Source of the DNA: Chiloscyllium plagiosum
Lineage: Eukaryota
Reading direction: 5' to 3'
Length of the DNA stretch: 46,516 nucleotides
NCBI RefSeq assembly: GCF_004010195.1
Contig: NC_057753.1
Location: 11,060,392-11,106,907 of the forward strand
Positions within the stretch are counted from its first letter, which is position 1. Each line of letters starts with the position of its first letter. The notes beneath the pieces were generated by a model. It made no database searches. It saw nothing but the letters and a program-made list of their open reading frames with translations, and had not been told where the DNA came from. The translations under genes were made by a program, and so were the position numbers. Of the stretch, positions 1-11,212 are shown piece by piece.

Positions 1-243
1 AGGGACTGGATGTCCATGGTGAAGATAAGGCGTTGGGGGCCGGGGAAGCAAAAATCATGGAGGAGGTGGAGGGCGTGGGTGGTGTCCCGAACGTAGGTGG
101 GGAGTTCTTGGATTAAAGGGGACAGGACCGTGTCAAGGTATGCAGAAATGGGTTCGGTGGGGCAGGAGCAGGCTGAGACAATGTGCTCCTGCCCCACCGA
201 ACTCATTTCTGCATACTTTGACACGGTCCTGTCCCCCTTAGTC
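1..243 (-). mobile_element. Penelope-like element RT fragment with an inverted (fold-back) terminal segment
   Basis: Reverse complement of 1-183 translates IVSACSCPTEPISAYLDTVLSPLIQELPTYVRDTTHALHLLHDFCFPGPQRLIFTMDIQS, matching the RPIVS...FTMDVxSL part of PLE RT. 184-240 is the reverse complement of 114-170. Confidence 0.85.
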
Positions 244-309
244 CATCGCAGGGGTCTTGAAGGAGTGACGGCTGAATTCCATTATCGACTGGATGGTCCA
301 CCCAGTTCT

Positions 310-565
310 GGGGACTCCCATGTTTGAATCCAGCTGCAGCAGATGGCAGAATTGGAATTCGGTCAGAAATCTGGAGTTCAGAATCTAACGATGAAACCAT
401 TTTCCGAGGGGGGGAGGGAAGAAAACCCATCTGATTCACTCATGACCTTTTTAGGGAAGAAAAATGCCGTTGCGGGAAAGGATTCACTCAGTCGTCCCAG
501 CGGCATCCTTTACCGGGGCTGGCCTACACATGACGCCAGACCCACAACAGTGTGATTGCCCTCCC
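310..565 (+). mobile_element. tRNA-derived SINE fragment (non-HE1 shark SINE); paralogs at about 6520-6745 and 26315-26560
   Basis: B-box-like gggttcgaatcc in the 26322 copy, followed by gcagatgg..gaattc..aaatctgga..aaacccatctg.ttcact.atgtcctt..agggaaggaaa..ggcctacacatgactccagacccacagc, which I recall as a common elasmobranch SINE body. Confidence 0.65.
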
Positions 566-574
566 ACCAGCAAA

Positions 575-878
575 TGAGTGGGGACACATTAGATAAAGGG
601 TTGAAATTGCTGAGTGAGGCAATACTTCCTATGGGTTAAGGCGGTACCAAGGATCCAGTTACAATGGGGCAATTCAATGCTGACCAATAGTAAAGGAGGT
701 GGCGTGGCATGGGGTGGGGTGGGTGGTTTGACCTAGAGTTGTTTTTTTTAAAAAAAGCTAGTTTTTGTGCGCTTTTTTGCTGGGGAGATTTGAAGCTGTA
801 ACGAAGTTGGGTCGCAATAAAAGTTACCTGAACTTACCACCAGGCTCAGACTCTCATTAAAAGCTGAGAGATCCAACA
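575..878 (+). mobile_element. Solo-LTR-like segment in the ZNF 3' region (paralogs about 6748-7050 and 26587-26892)
   Basis: TG start, CCAAT (tgaccaatag), TATA-like tttaaaa, AATAAA at 816-821 (6995-7000 in copy 2), U5-like ctcagactctcatt...ccaaCA end. No TSD established. Confidence 0.4.
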
Positions 879-1074
879 GGTTTTTGTTTTAAAGCTGCTC
901 ATTTCTTTTTGCCTCCAGCACGAAGTTTCCAATCTTGTGTATCAGAAGGAGCAGTGAGTGAGTAGTTAGTATCGTTAGAAATTCTAAATTTTTCATGACT
1001 GCAGGTTCATCATTTCATCAGCATTATAAAGTTTACTGACAGCAGCAGGAAGTGTGTTCACTAGAAATACAGTT

Positions 1075-1765
1075 CAAAAGTCACACAACACCAGCTTATA
1101 GTCCAACAGATTTATTTGTAAGCACGAGCTTTTGGAGCACTGCTTCTTCAACAGTTGGCTGTGGAGCAGGTTCAAAAGACACGGAATTTATAGCAATATA
1201 TCAGTGTCATGCAACTGAAATGATATTTTGAACAAACCTAGATTGTTAAGTCTTTTATCTTTTAAAATGGGTTACAGGTTTCAGTTCATTTATATGTAAA
1301 TCCCAGAACTACTTTTAAGTCACATTCTCCTTTTAAGTTAGGTTCGAGTCTACCTGTATCGCAATCTTGAGTCAGACTGGTTCTATTCCAAAGTAGGAAT
1401 TTACAAAATATTACATGGATTGACTGCCTGCAGATTGCGTATGTTTTGAGCAAAATAGAATGCATCTGCAAATGCAAATTCACCCCATAGACTTATATGT
1501 ATGTGCACATGTATGTGAGAAAGTGTGTGTTTGCGTGTGTGCATGCTTGGTAAAGTGTGAGAGAGATTAAGTACAAGCCTGTGAGAGGGTGTCAGCGTGG
1601 GGGGCGCATGTGTGTGTGTCTGAGAAAGAGCATGTGTATGAGAGAGGGTCTGTGTGAGTATGTGTGTATGTGAAAGTGTATAGTGCAGCGGGGTCACCTG
1701 TCGTGTGACATGAACCCAAGGTCCCAGTTGAGGCCATCCCGGGTTTCAGCCTCTGCTCGGCCACT
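1075..1765 (-). mobile_element. Penelope-like element 3' end: GIY-YIG C-terminus, CA/TG-rich UTR, pseudo-LTR with decayed hammerhead
   Basis: Minus strand encodes VAEQRL...RDGLNWDLGFMSHDR*. The pLTR reads ctgttgaagaagcagtgctccaaaagctcgtg...aataaatctgttggactataagctggtgttgtgtgac. Confidence 0.8.
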
Positions 1766-1839
1766 AGAAACGATTAAGCAGTTACAGAACACACGTTGGA
1801 GAGGGGTGGGTGCGATTTTTCTTTCGATTCGCAGAAGGT

Positions 1840-2350
1840 GGGAGCCTCTGGATGCTGTGATCCAGGGCAAACACATGCTGGAGGACCTTCGGCTCAGAGA
1901 GATGGAGCTGGAAACCAGGCTGCAGACACTTGGTGGGGGGAAAATTAACCAGACACTTTATTCTGGAGACGGTCATTCCCCTCTGGAGAGAGCCTTCTGA
2001 TTGGGTCAGTGGACAGGGTTAGGAGTGTGTGAGCGCGGGTCAGGCAGGTAAACGGGATCTGAGAGAGGGTTGCAAGGGAGAGGAGCAAACTGGCTGGGTG
2101 GTGGGAGTAAGAACAAAATTGAGGAGGTGGACATAGGGACAGGGATTGTCTCCGTTTTCTGCAGATGGCAACAGGAGGCCAGGTGGCATCGGTGTCTGGC
2201 GCCAGGATTCAGGAAACAATGTGTTCAGGGCCGCAGAATTGGAAAGGGGGGTTGCAGTGGGTGTGGTCCAACAATATCAGGAGGGGAGGGCCTCTGCTGA
2301 GGGCATGCAAGAAGTTGGAAGCTACAAAGGCAACGCAGAACCTCTCAGCT
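1840..2350 (+). mobile_element. CR1 LINE ORF1 remnant (coiled coil and SGNH-esterase-like region)
   Basis: LEDLRLREMELETRLQTL and FCRWQQEAR..CL/SGARIQE..SNNIRR resemble the CR1 ORF1 at 42110-42950 (vcclpGARVrDV...VVHIGxxDI). Confidence 0.6.
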
Positions 2351-2356
2351 CTGGGA

Positions 2357-2430
2357 GGCACTGTTGCTCAATGGTTAGCACTGCTTCACAGCATCAGAGC
2401 CCTGGGGTCGATTCCACCATCAGGTGACTC
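2357..2430 (+). mobile_element. HE1-type SINE 5' (tRNA-like) fragment
   Basis: ggcactgttgctcaatggttagcactgc..cacagc..gtcgattcc has A- and B-box-like motifs and matches the head of the 17147 copy. Confidence 0.7.
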
Positions 2431-2444
2431 AAAAGGTAGAAGAA

Positions 2445-5150
2445 GGAACTATGAACTTGCACTCCAAAGTTTCTTTGTTCAGCAATACTCCCTAGGACCT
2501 TACAATTAAGTGTATAAGTCCTGATATGATTTGCATTTCCAAAATGCAGCACCTCACATTTATCTGAATTAAACTCCATCTGCCACTCCTCAGCCCATTG
2601 GCCCATCTGATCAAGATCCCATTGTACTCTAAGGTAACCTTCTTTGCTGTCCACTGAACCTCCAATTTTGGTGTCATCCACAAACTCACTAACTATACCT
2701 CCAATGTTCACATCATTTAAGTAAATGATGGAAAAGTAGTGGACTCAGCACCAATCCTTGTGGCACACCACTGGTCACAGGTCTCCAGTCTGAAAAGCAA
2801 CCCTCCACCACCACCCTCTGTCTTCTACCTTCAAGCCAGTTCTGTATCCGTTTGACTAGTTCTTCCTGTGTTTCATGAGGTCTTACCTTGCGAACCATGA
2901 GGAACCTTGTTGAACGCCTGACTGAAGACTGACACCCACCACTCCTCCCTCGTCAATCCTATATGTTACTTCAAAAAAACTTGGTCAAGTTCTTGAGATA
3001 TGATTTCCCATGCACAAAGCTATGTTGACTATCCCTAATCAGTCCTTGCCTTTCCAAATACATGTAAACCCTGTTTTTCAGGATTCCCTCCAACAACTTG
3101 CCCATCACTGATGTCAGGCTCACCGATCTATAGTTCCCTGGCTTTTCCTTACCACCTTTCTTAAATAGTAGCACCACATTAGCTAACCTACAGTCTTCTG
3201 GAACCTCACCTGTGACTATCGATGATACAAATATCTCAGCAAGGAGACCAGCTATCACTCCCATGCTTCCCACAATGTTCTGTGATACACCTGATTTGTC
3301 TTGTTGATTTATTCACTTTTATACATTTCAAGACATCCAGCACCACCACCTATGTCATATGGACATTGTTCAAGATGTCCCCATCTTTATCCCCACATTC
3401 TATACCTTCCACATCCTTCTCCACATTAAATACTGATGCAAAATATTCATTTAGTTTCTCCCACATCTCCTGCACCTCCACACACAAGCTGCCTTGCTGA
3501 TGTTTGAGGTCCTATTCTCTCCCTAGTTACCCTTTTGATTCTCCTTAATCCTATTTGCCAAAGCTATCTCATGTTCCCTTTTCACTCTCCTGATTTCCGT
3601 CAACTATATTCCTACTGCCTTTATACTCTTGTAAGAATTTGTTCAACTTCTCCTGTCTATACTTGTCATATGCTTCCTTCTTTTTGTTAACCAAAACCTC
3701 AATTTCTCTAATCACCCAGCATTCCCTACACCTACCAGCCTTTACGTTCAGCCAAACAGGAATATACTGTCTCTGAATTCTCGTTATTGCATTTTTGAAG
3801 GCTTCCCATTTTCCCTTTACCTGAGAACATCTGCCCCCAATCAGCTTTTGAAAGTTCTTGCCTAATACCATCAAAATTAGCCTTCCTCCAATTTTGAACT
3901 TCAACTTTTAGATCCTTATCCCCACATTCTATACCTTCCACATCCTTCTCCACATTAAATACTGATGCAAAATATTCATTTAGTTTCTCCCACATCTCCT
4001 GCACCTCCACACACAAGCTGCCTTGCTGATGTTTGAGGTCCTATTCTCTCCCTAGTTACCCTTTTGATTCTCCTTAATCCTATTTGCCAAAGCTATCTCA
4101 TGTCCCCTTTTCACCCTCCTGATTTCCATCAACTATATTCCTACTGCCTTTATACTCTTGTAAGAATTTGTTTGACTTCTCCTGTCTATACTTGTCATAT
4201 GCTTCCTTCTTTTTATTAACCAAAACCTCAATTTCTCTAGTCACCCAGCATTCTCTACACCTACCAGCCTTTACGTTCAGCCAAACAGGAATATACAGTT
4301 TCTGAATTCTCGTTATTGCATTTTTGAAGGCTTCCCATTTTCCCTTTACCTGAGAACATCTGCCCCCAATCAGCTTTTGAAAGTTCTTGCCTAATACCAT
4401 CAAAATTAGCCTTCCTCCAATTTTGAACTTCAACTTTTAGATCCTTTTCCATTTTCAATCTAATGGAATTATAGTCACTGGCTCCAAAGTGCTCCCTCAC
4501 TGACACCTCAGTCACCTTCCCTGCCATATTTCCCAAAAGTAGGTCAAGTTTTGCACCTTCGCTCATCGGAACATGCATGGACTGATTCAGAAAATTTTAT
4601 TGTACACACAAATTCCTCTCCGTCTGAACCCTAAACTCTATGGCAGTCCCTGTCTATGTTTGGAATGTTAAAATTCCGGACCATAACTACCCTATTATTC
4701 TTAAAGATAACTGAAATCTCCTAACAAATTTGTTTCTCAATTTCCTGACTATTAGGGGGTCTATATTACAATCCTAATAAAGGTGATCATCCCTTTCTTA
4801 TTTCTCAGTTCCACCCAAATAACTTGCCTGGATGTATTCCCAGGAATATCCTCCCTAAGTATAGCAGTAATAGTTTCCGTTATCAAAATCGCCACTCCCC
4901 CCTTTGTACCCCGGAACATTCAGCTGGCAGTCCTGCCCATCCATGAGGCCACGTTTCTGTAATTTCATCAGCCTTCCCTATTAGGCCTCTTGCATTGAAA
5001 TAAATGAAGTATAATTGATCAGTCCTACCTTGTTCTCAGCTTTATCCCTTCCTGCCCTGACTGTTGGACTCACTCCCTTTCCTAACTGTACAAATCTCAG
5101 GTTAATCTCTTTCCTCACTATGTCCCTGGGACCTATCCCCCACCTTATTC
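2445..5150 (-). mobile_element. Degraded CR1 LINE ORF2 (APE to RT)
   Basis: Minus-strand peptides GAKLDLLLGN..EHFGASDYN, KPGNYRSVSLTSV, VTSGVPQGLVL, EFVDDTKIGG, WQMEFNSDKCEVLHFG with many stops and frameshifts. Confidence 0.95.
3387..4444. repeat. 529-bp direct tandem duplication inside the CR1 (3387-3915 / 3916-4444)
   Basis: Near-identical ORFs 3569..3904 and 4098..4433 are offset by 529. The two units differ by scattered substitutions. Confidence 0.95.
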
Positions 5151-5249
5151 ATTCAGCAACTTTACTGGCTTTCTTTCTGCAAGCAGTCTTGATATTTTAT
5201 TTTCATACCTTGATTCAGCACCTTTGTCGGCAGCTTATTCCAGGTTATT

Positions 5250-6227
5250 AGAACAATACAGCACAGAACAGGCCCTTCGGCCCACAATGTTATGCCGAAC
5301 ATTTGTCCTAGTTTAAGCACCTATCCATGTACCTATCCAATTGCCGCTTAAAGGTCACCAATGATTCTGACTCTGCCACTCCCACGGGCAGCGCATTCCA
5401 TGCCCCCACCACTCTCTGGGTAAAGAACCTACCCCTGACATCCCCCCTATACCTTCCACCCTTCACCTTAAATTTATGTCCCCTTGTAACACTCTGTTGT
5501 ACCCGGGGAAAAAGTCTCTGACTGTCTACTCTATCTATTCCTCTGATCATCTTATAAACCTCTACCAAGTCACCCCTCATCCTTCGCCGTTCCAACAAGA
5601 AAAGGCCGAGAACTCTCAACCTATCCTCGTACGACTTCCTCTCCATTCCAGGCAACATCCTGGTAAATCTTCTCTGCACCCTCTCCAAAGCTTCCACATC
5701 TTTCCTAAAGTGAGGTGACCAGAACTGCACACAGTACTCCAAATGTGGCCTAACCAAAGTCCTGTACAGTTGCAACATCACTTCACGACTCTTGAATTCA
5801 ATCCCTCTGCTAATGAACGCTAATACACCATAGGCCTTCTTACAAGCTCTATCCACCTGAGTGGCAACTTTCAAAGATCTATGAACATAGACCCCAAGAT
5901 CCCTCTGCTCCTCCACCTTACTAAGAACCCTACATTCCGCATTCTTATTTGTCCTTCCAAAATGGGCAACCTCACACTTGACAGGGTTGAACTCCAGCTG
6001 CCACTCCTCAGCCCAGCTCTGCATCATATCTAAGTCCCTTTGCAGCCGACAACAGCCCTCCTCACTATTCACAACTCCACCAATCTTCGTACCATCTGCA
6101 AATTTACTGACCTACCCTTTGACTCCCTCTTCCAAGTCATTAATAAATGTTACAAACAGCAGAGGACCCAGAACTGATCCCTATGGAACTCCACTTGTAA
6201 CTGGGCTCTAGGCTGAATATTTACCAT
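5250..6227 (-). mobile_element. Relatively young 5'-truncated CR1 LINE (RT C-terminus and 3' tail)
   Basis: Open 254-aa frame 5308..6072 (LYRTLVRPHLEYCVQFWSP...FFTQRVVGAWNALP), tail gggccgaagggcctgttctgtgctgtattgttct, possible TTATT TSD (5245-5249 / 6228-6232). Confidence 0.95.
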
Positions 6228-6319
6228 TTATTGTCACCTAAATGAAATTTCCCTCCATACACACTTAAGACTATCTGGCTGCATTAGAGTTTTCAGGTTT
6301 CTATGTCCTGGATAATGTG

Positions 6320-6468
6320 TGATCATTGGTTCTTCCAGCCTGCTGACCCACCAGTGGGCCCAGACTGGGGAGAGGCCATTCACCTGCTCTCAGTGCGGGA
6401 AGGACTTCACCCGCTCCTCCCACCTGCAGAGGCACCAGCAAGTTCATGTGCCATCGCAGGGGGATTGA
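6320..6468 (+). pseudogene. C2H2 ZNF gene remnant (last finger and stop)
   Basis: Translates [47 protein letters not shown], paralogous to the C-terminus of the intact gene ([20 protein letters not shown]). No upstream fingers remain. Confidence 0.9.
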
Positions 6469-8990
6469 AGGAGCCATGGCTGAGTGACATTATCGACTGG
6501 ATGATCCATCCAGTTACAGTTTGGAATCCCACCTTGGCAGATAGCAGAATTGAAATTTGGTCAGAAATCTGGAGTTCAGAATCTAACGATGAAACCATTT
6601 TCAGGAAGAAAAACAACCCCATCTGATTCACTCATGTCCTTTTTAGGGAAGGAAAGTGCCATTGCAGGAAAGGATTCACTCAGTCATCCCAGCTGCATCC
6701 TTTACCTGGTCTTGCCTACACGCGACTCCAGACCCACCCTCCTGCCACTAAGCGGGAGAAACTAACTTGGATACAGTGTGCAGGCTGAAATTGCTGAGTG
6801 AGGCAACACTTCCTACGGGTTAAGGCTGTATCAAGGATCGAATTACAAAAGGACAACTCGGTGTTGACCAATAGTAAAGGAAGCGAGGGATGGGGAAGGT
6901 GTGCACTTTGACCTTGAGCTGTTTTTAAAAGAAATAAGCTACTTTTCACATGCCTTTGCTGGGAAGATCTGAAGCTGTAACAAAGTTGGGTCTCAATAAA
7001 GGTTACCTGAATTCACCGTCTGACTCATTAAAAGGTGCAAGTTCCAAAAGGTTTTTGTTTTAAAGCAGCTAATTTCTTTCGGCCTCCAGCACTAAGTTTC
7101 CAATGTCGTATATCAGAAGAAGTAGTGAATGAGTAATTAATATTGTTAGAAATTGTAATTTTTTAGGACTGTAGGTTCATCATTTCATCAGCATTGTAAG
7201 GTTTACTGGCAGCAGCGGGAGGTATGGCTGTGTTCACTAGAAACAAAAATTAAAAGTCACACAATCAGGTTATAGTCCAACTGGTTTATTTGGAAGCACA
7301 AGCCTTTGGAGTGCTCTTCTTCATCAGGTAGTTGTGGAACAGGATCATAAAACATAGAATTTGTAGCAAGAGATTAGTGTCATGCAACTGAATTGAACAA
7401 ACCTAGATTATTGTTAAGTCTTTCATCTTTTAGAATGAGTTGCAGATTTCAGTTCATTAATATGGAAATCCTAGAACGACTTTTAAGTAATATTCTTGAT
7501 GCAATTTAAAGGTGACATTTCAGCTCAGTCAATGCATAAAAGGTGTGAGGTTAGAGTCTCTGTATCCCAATCTTGAATCAGACTGGTTCTATTTCTAAAG
7601 TAGGAATTTATAAAATATTACATGGATTGACTGCCGGCAGATTTTGTGCTTTTTGAACAAAATAGAATGTATCTGCAAATTCACCCATAGACTTTTGTGT
7701 GTGTGCATGGGTGCATCTGAGCAAAATTGAACGTATCTGCAAATATAATTCTGCAAATTCTGGCTCGAAGGTAGAAGACAGAGGGTTGTGGTGGAGGGGT
7801 GCCTTTCAGACTGGAGGCCTGTGACCAGTGGTGTGCCACAAGAATCGGTGCTGGGTCCATTACTTTTCATCATTAATATAAATGATTTGGATGTGAACAT
7901 AGGTATAATAAGTTTGCAGATCACACCAAAATTGGAGGCATAGTGGACAGCAAAGGAGGTTACCTCGGAGTACAGCATGATCAGATGGGCCAATGGGCTG
8001 AGGAGTGGCAGATGGAGTTTAATTTAGATAAATGCGAGGTGCTGCATTTTCGAAAAACAAATCAGAGCAGAACTTATACACTTAATGGTAAGGTCCCAGG
8101 GAGTGTTGCTGAACCAAGAGACCTTGCAGTTCAGGATCATAGTTCCTTGAAAGTGCAGTTGCAGGTGGATAGGATAGTCAAGAAGGCATTTGGTATGTTT
8201 TGGTTTATTGGTCAGAGCATGGAGTATAGGAGTTGGGAGTTCATGTTGCGGCTGTACAGGACATTGGTTAGGCCACACTTGGAATATTGAGTGCAATTCT
8301 GATGTCCTTCCTAACAGAAGTATGTTGTGAAACTTGACAGGGTTCAGAAAATATTTACAGGAAGTCGCCAGTGTATGAGAATTTGAGCTGAATCGGCTGG
8401 GGCTGTTTTCCCTGGCAGGTCGGAGGCTGAGGTTTATAAAATCATGAACGACATAATAAATAAGCAAAATCTTTTCCCTGGGGTGGGGGAGTCCAGAACT
8501 AGAGGGGCATAGATTTAGGGTGAGAGGGGAAAGATATAAAAGGGACCTAAGGAGCAACTTTTTCACGCAGAGGGTGGTGCATTTATGGAATGAGCTGCCA
8601 GAGGAAGTGGTGGAGGCTTGTACAATTACAGCATTTAAAAGGCATCTGGATGGATATATGATTAAGAAAGGTTTAGAGAGGTATGGGCCAAGTGCTAGCA
8701 AATGGGACTAGATTAGATTAGGATATCTGGTCTGCATGGACAAGTTGGACCAAAGGGTCTGTTTCCATGCTGCATATCTGTGACTCCAAATGCAAATTCA
8801 CTCTGTAGATGTGAGTATGCGCGCACGTGTGCACATGAGGTTGTGCGTGAGTGTGCATAAGAGAGTTTATATTTTGCATGTGCACATGCTTGGTAAAGTG
8901 AGATTATGATGGAGTATAAGCCTGTGAGAGGGTGAGAGTGTGGGGGTGTATGTGTGTGTGTGTTTGAGAGACAACATGAATGAGAGAGAT
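6450..8990 (+). repeat. Copy 2 of the ZNF-3'-end module; its Penelope segment (about 7245-8990, minus) is split by a CR1
   Basis: Same order of segments as 243-1765. The Penelope UTR resumes at 8788 (caaatgcaaattcac). Confidence 0.88.
7759..8787 (+). mobile_element. 5'-truncated CR1 LINE inserted in the Penelope UTR
   Basis: [54 protein letters not shown] and the tail ggaccaaagggtctgtttccatgctg. Absent from module copies 1 and 3. Confidence 0.95.
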
Positions 8991-8994
8991 AGGG

Positions 8995-9975
8995 ATAGGG
9001 TTGCATTTTGGTAAAACAAACAAGGGCAGCAATTGTAGTTAATGATAGGGTCTTGGGTGTCGTAGAATAGAGAGACCTGAGCGAGGTTCAAGTACATAGT
9101 TCTGTCAAAGTTACATCACTGGTAGACAGGGTGGTTAAGAAGGTGTTTAGCACACATCTGTTCATTGTTCACACTATTGAGTATGTGGAGCTGTCCAGGA
9201 TATTGCTGAGGCCACTTTTAGAGGACTGAGTACAATTCTGGTCACACCGTTAAAGGAAGAATACTATTAGAGGGGGTTCGGAAAAGATTTACCAGGATGT
9301 TGCCAGGACTGGAGGGTTTGAGTTACAAGGAAAGGCTGGGACTTTTTTCACTGCAGTGTAGGAAGTGGAGGGGAGACCTTATAGAGCATCAGAAAATCAT
9401 GAGTGGTGTAGGTAAGGTGAATAGCAAAGGTGTCTTCCTTAGCGGAGGGGAGTTCAAAACTAGGGGACATTGGTGTTCATGGTGGAGGAGAGAGATTTAA
9501 AAGGAACCTGAGGGTCTACTTTTTTTTTTTACACAGTTTGTGAATGAATGAACTTCCAGAGGAAGTGGCAGACACAGGTACACTTAGAATTTTTAAAAGA
9601 CATTTGGATGGGCACGTGAATGGAAAGGTTTAGACGGATATGGGCCAAATGCAGGCAAGTTTAGTTTGAGAATCTTGATCGACTTGGAATAGTTGGACCG
9701 TGCTGTCTGATTCTATGACACTAAGAACCAGAAGTGATTTTATTGAAATCAATAGAATTCTGAAAGGGGATTGACAGGGTAGATACAGAAAAAAATGCTC
9801 CTTCAGGGGTATCATAGAATCCTTACAGTGTGGGGACAGACCATTTGACCCACCGAGTCCTTTACCGACACTTAGAAGAGCATCCCACCCAAACACACCT
9901 CCGACTGTGTATTTCCTGTAGCCAATGAAATTTGAATTAACCTACACATTCCTGGACACTAGTATGGCCAATCCA
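8995..9975 (+). mobile_element. Old CR1 3' fragments (8995-9810, plus) and a minus-strand HE1/CR1 tail fragment (about 9810-9975)
   Basis: MLPGLEGLSYKERLGLFSL...RGDLIE..KIM; atcatagaatccttacagtgtgg is the reverse of the SINE tail. Confidence 0.8.
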
Positions 9976-10081
9976 ACCCAGGAGGTTCAAGTGTGTCAGC
10001 AGCAATCATTTCAAGCATTGTTGGTTTCCTTGGATGCAGAGAAGGCATTTGACCAGGTGGAGTGGCTATATCTTTTTTATA

Positions 10082-10173
10082 GGTAAAAACAAGGAATGCA
10101 GATGCTGGAAACCAGAGTCTAGATTAGAGTGGTGCTGGAAAAGCACAGCTGCTGTGCTTTTCCAGCACCATTC
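10082..10173 (-). mobile_element. Penelope-pLTR-derived mini insertion with a 20-bp perfect hairpin
   Basis: Flanked by the 14-bp direct repeat atatcttttttata (10068-10081 / 10174-10187). Hairpin arms are 10130-10149 / 10151-10170. Confidence 0.85.
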
Positions 10174-11009
10174 ATATCTTTTTTATACCCTGGAGCAGTT
10201 TGATCTGGGTGAAGTGTCTACGAGATGGGTAAAGGTCCTTTACAATGATCCCCTAGCAATGTTTCTCACCAATGGCGTATGGTCTAGTAATTTTACCATT
10301 GGTAGGGTCAGTCGGCAAGGCTGTCCCCTTGAACCATTATTTTTCACATTGGTGATTGACTATTTGTGGAGGCTATTTGTAGGGACCCTAACATAGTTGC
10401 TCCAGAGGTGGGATCAAAGGTACATAAGATCACATCATATGCGGATGATGTTCTTACTTTTCTTTTGTACTCAGCTGTTTCAGTGTCCCATTTGATAGTG
10501 TATGAATTTATTTGGCTCTTGCAGGTTATAAGATTAATTTTTCAAACTTGGAGGCTTTGCCTGTGGGGGGTCTTGGGGAAATACTTGACATTGAGGGTGG
10601 GTTTCCCTTTAAGTGGGCACAGGGAGGTTTTCTTTACTTAGGCCTACCTGTCACACCTGCCTTTGATCAGTTAAGGCTGATGTTGTCCACTTGTTTGACA
10701 AGATTAAACAAGATCTTCAAAGATGGGGGGGGGTCACTTCCGATATCATTAGGTCAAGTGATCCTATCAAAAGGAATGTTCTTCCTTGCTTATTATACTC
10801 TCTGTAGATGCTCCCTTTGCTTATGGAATGGTTGGTTTAATTCTTTTATTTGGTACCATAGACAGCCCTGATTAAGCTAGCAAACCTACAGTAGCCCAGG
10901 GATTTTAATTTGGGGGGGGAGGGGGGAGAGAAAGCCTTCCACGTATCAGAAGATATTGTTTAGGCTCCCTTCTATCTTTTGCAAATGATTGGGCATGTGA
11001 GGACTCAGT

Positions 11010-11212
11010 TCTGGATCAGTGGTGCTGGAAGAGCACAGCAATTCAGGCAGCATCCGAGGACAGGCAAAATCGACGTTTCGGGCAAAAGCCCTTCAGCTTT
11101 TGCCCGAAACGTCGATTTTGCCTGTCCTCGGATGCTGCCTGAATTGCTGTGCTCTTCCAGCACCACTGATCCAGAATCTGGTTTCCAGCATCTGCAGTCA
11201 TTGTTTTTACCT
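11010..11212 (+). mobile_element. Penelope-pLTR-derived fold-back mini insertion (81-bp perfect inverted repeat)
   Basis: Arms 11009-11089 / 11096-11176 with loop ccttca. 15-bp TSD atgtgaggactcagt (10995-11009 / 11213-11227). Contains the hammerhead 3' half gggcttttgcccGAAACGTC. Confidence 0.9.

Larger units (their letters stand above)
243..1765 (+). repeat. Copy 1 of the duplicated ZNF-3'-end module (last ZNF codons, SINE, LTR-like segment, Penelope 3' end)
   Basis: Colinear similarity with 6450-7758(+8788-8990) and 26246-27822, e.g. ccatcgcagggg..tgaaggag, tcagaaatctggagttcagaatc, gaaattgctgagtgaggcaa. Confidence 0.9.

Noticed and set aside
1120..1160. Active hammerheads in the pLTRs at about 1130, 7300, 14220, 24350, 27145 and 31500
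   Set aside because: Core bases are mutated (GAAA to AAAA/AAGA, CTGATGA to CTAATGA/CGGATGA), so they are listed only as decayed.
1401..1764. His/Thr-rich ORFs (also 8713-9097 and 27396-27800)
   Set aside because: Translations of the TG/CA-rich Penelope UTR.
5308..6072. 254-aa ORF as a host gene
   Set aside because: It is the CR1 RT C-terminus. The upstream frame has stops and it ends in a LINE tail.
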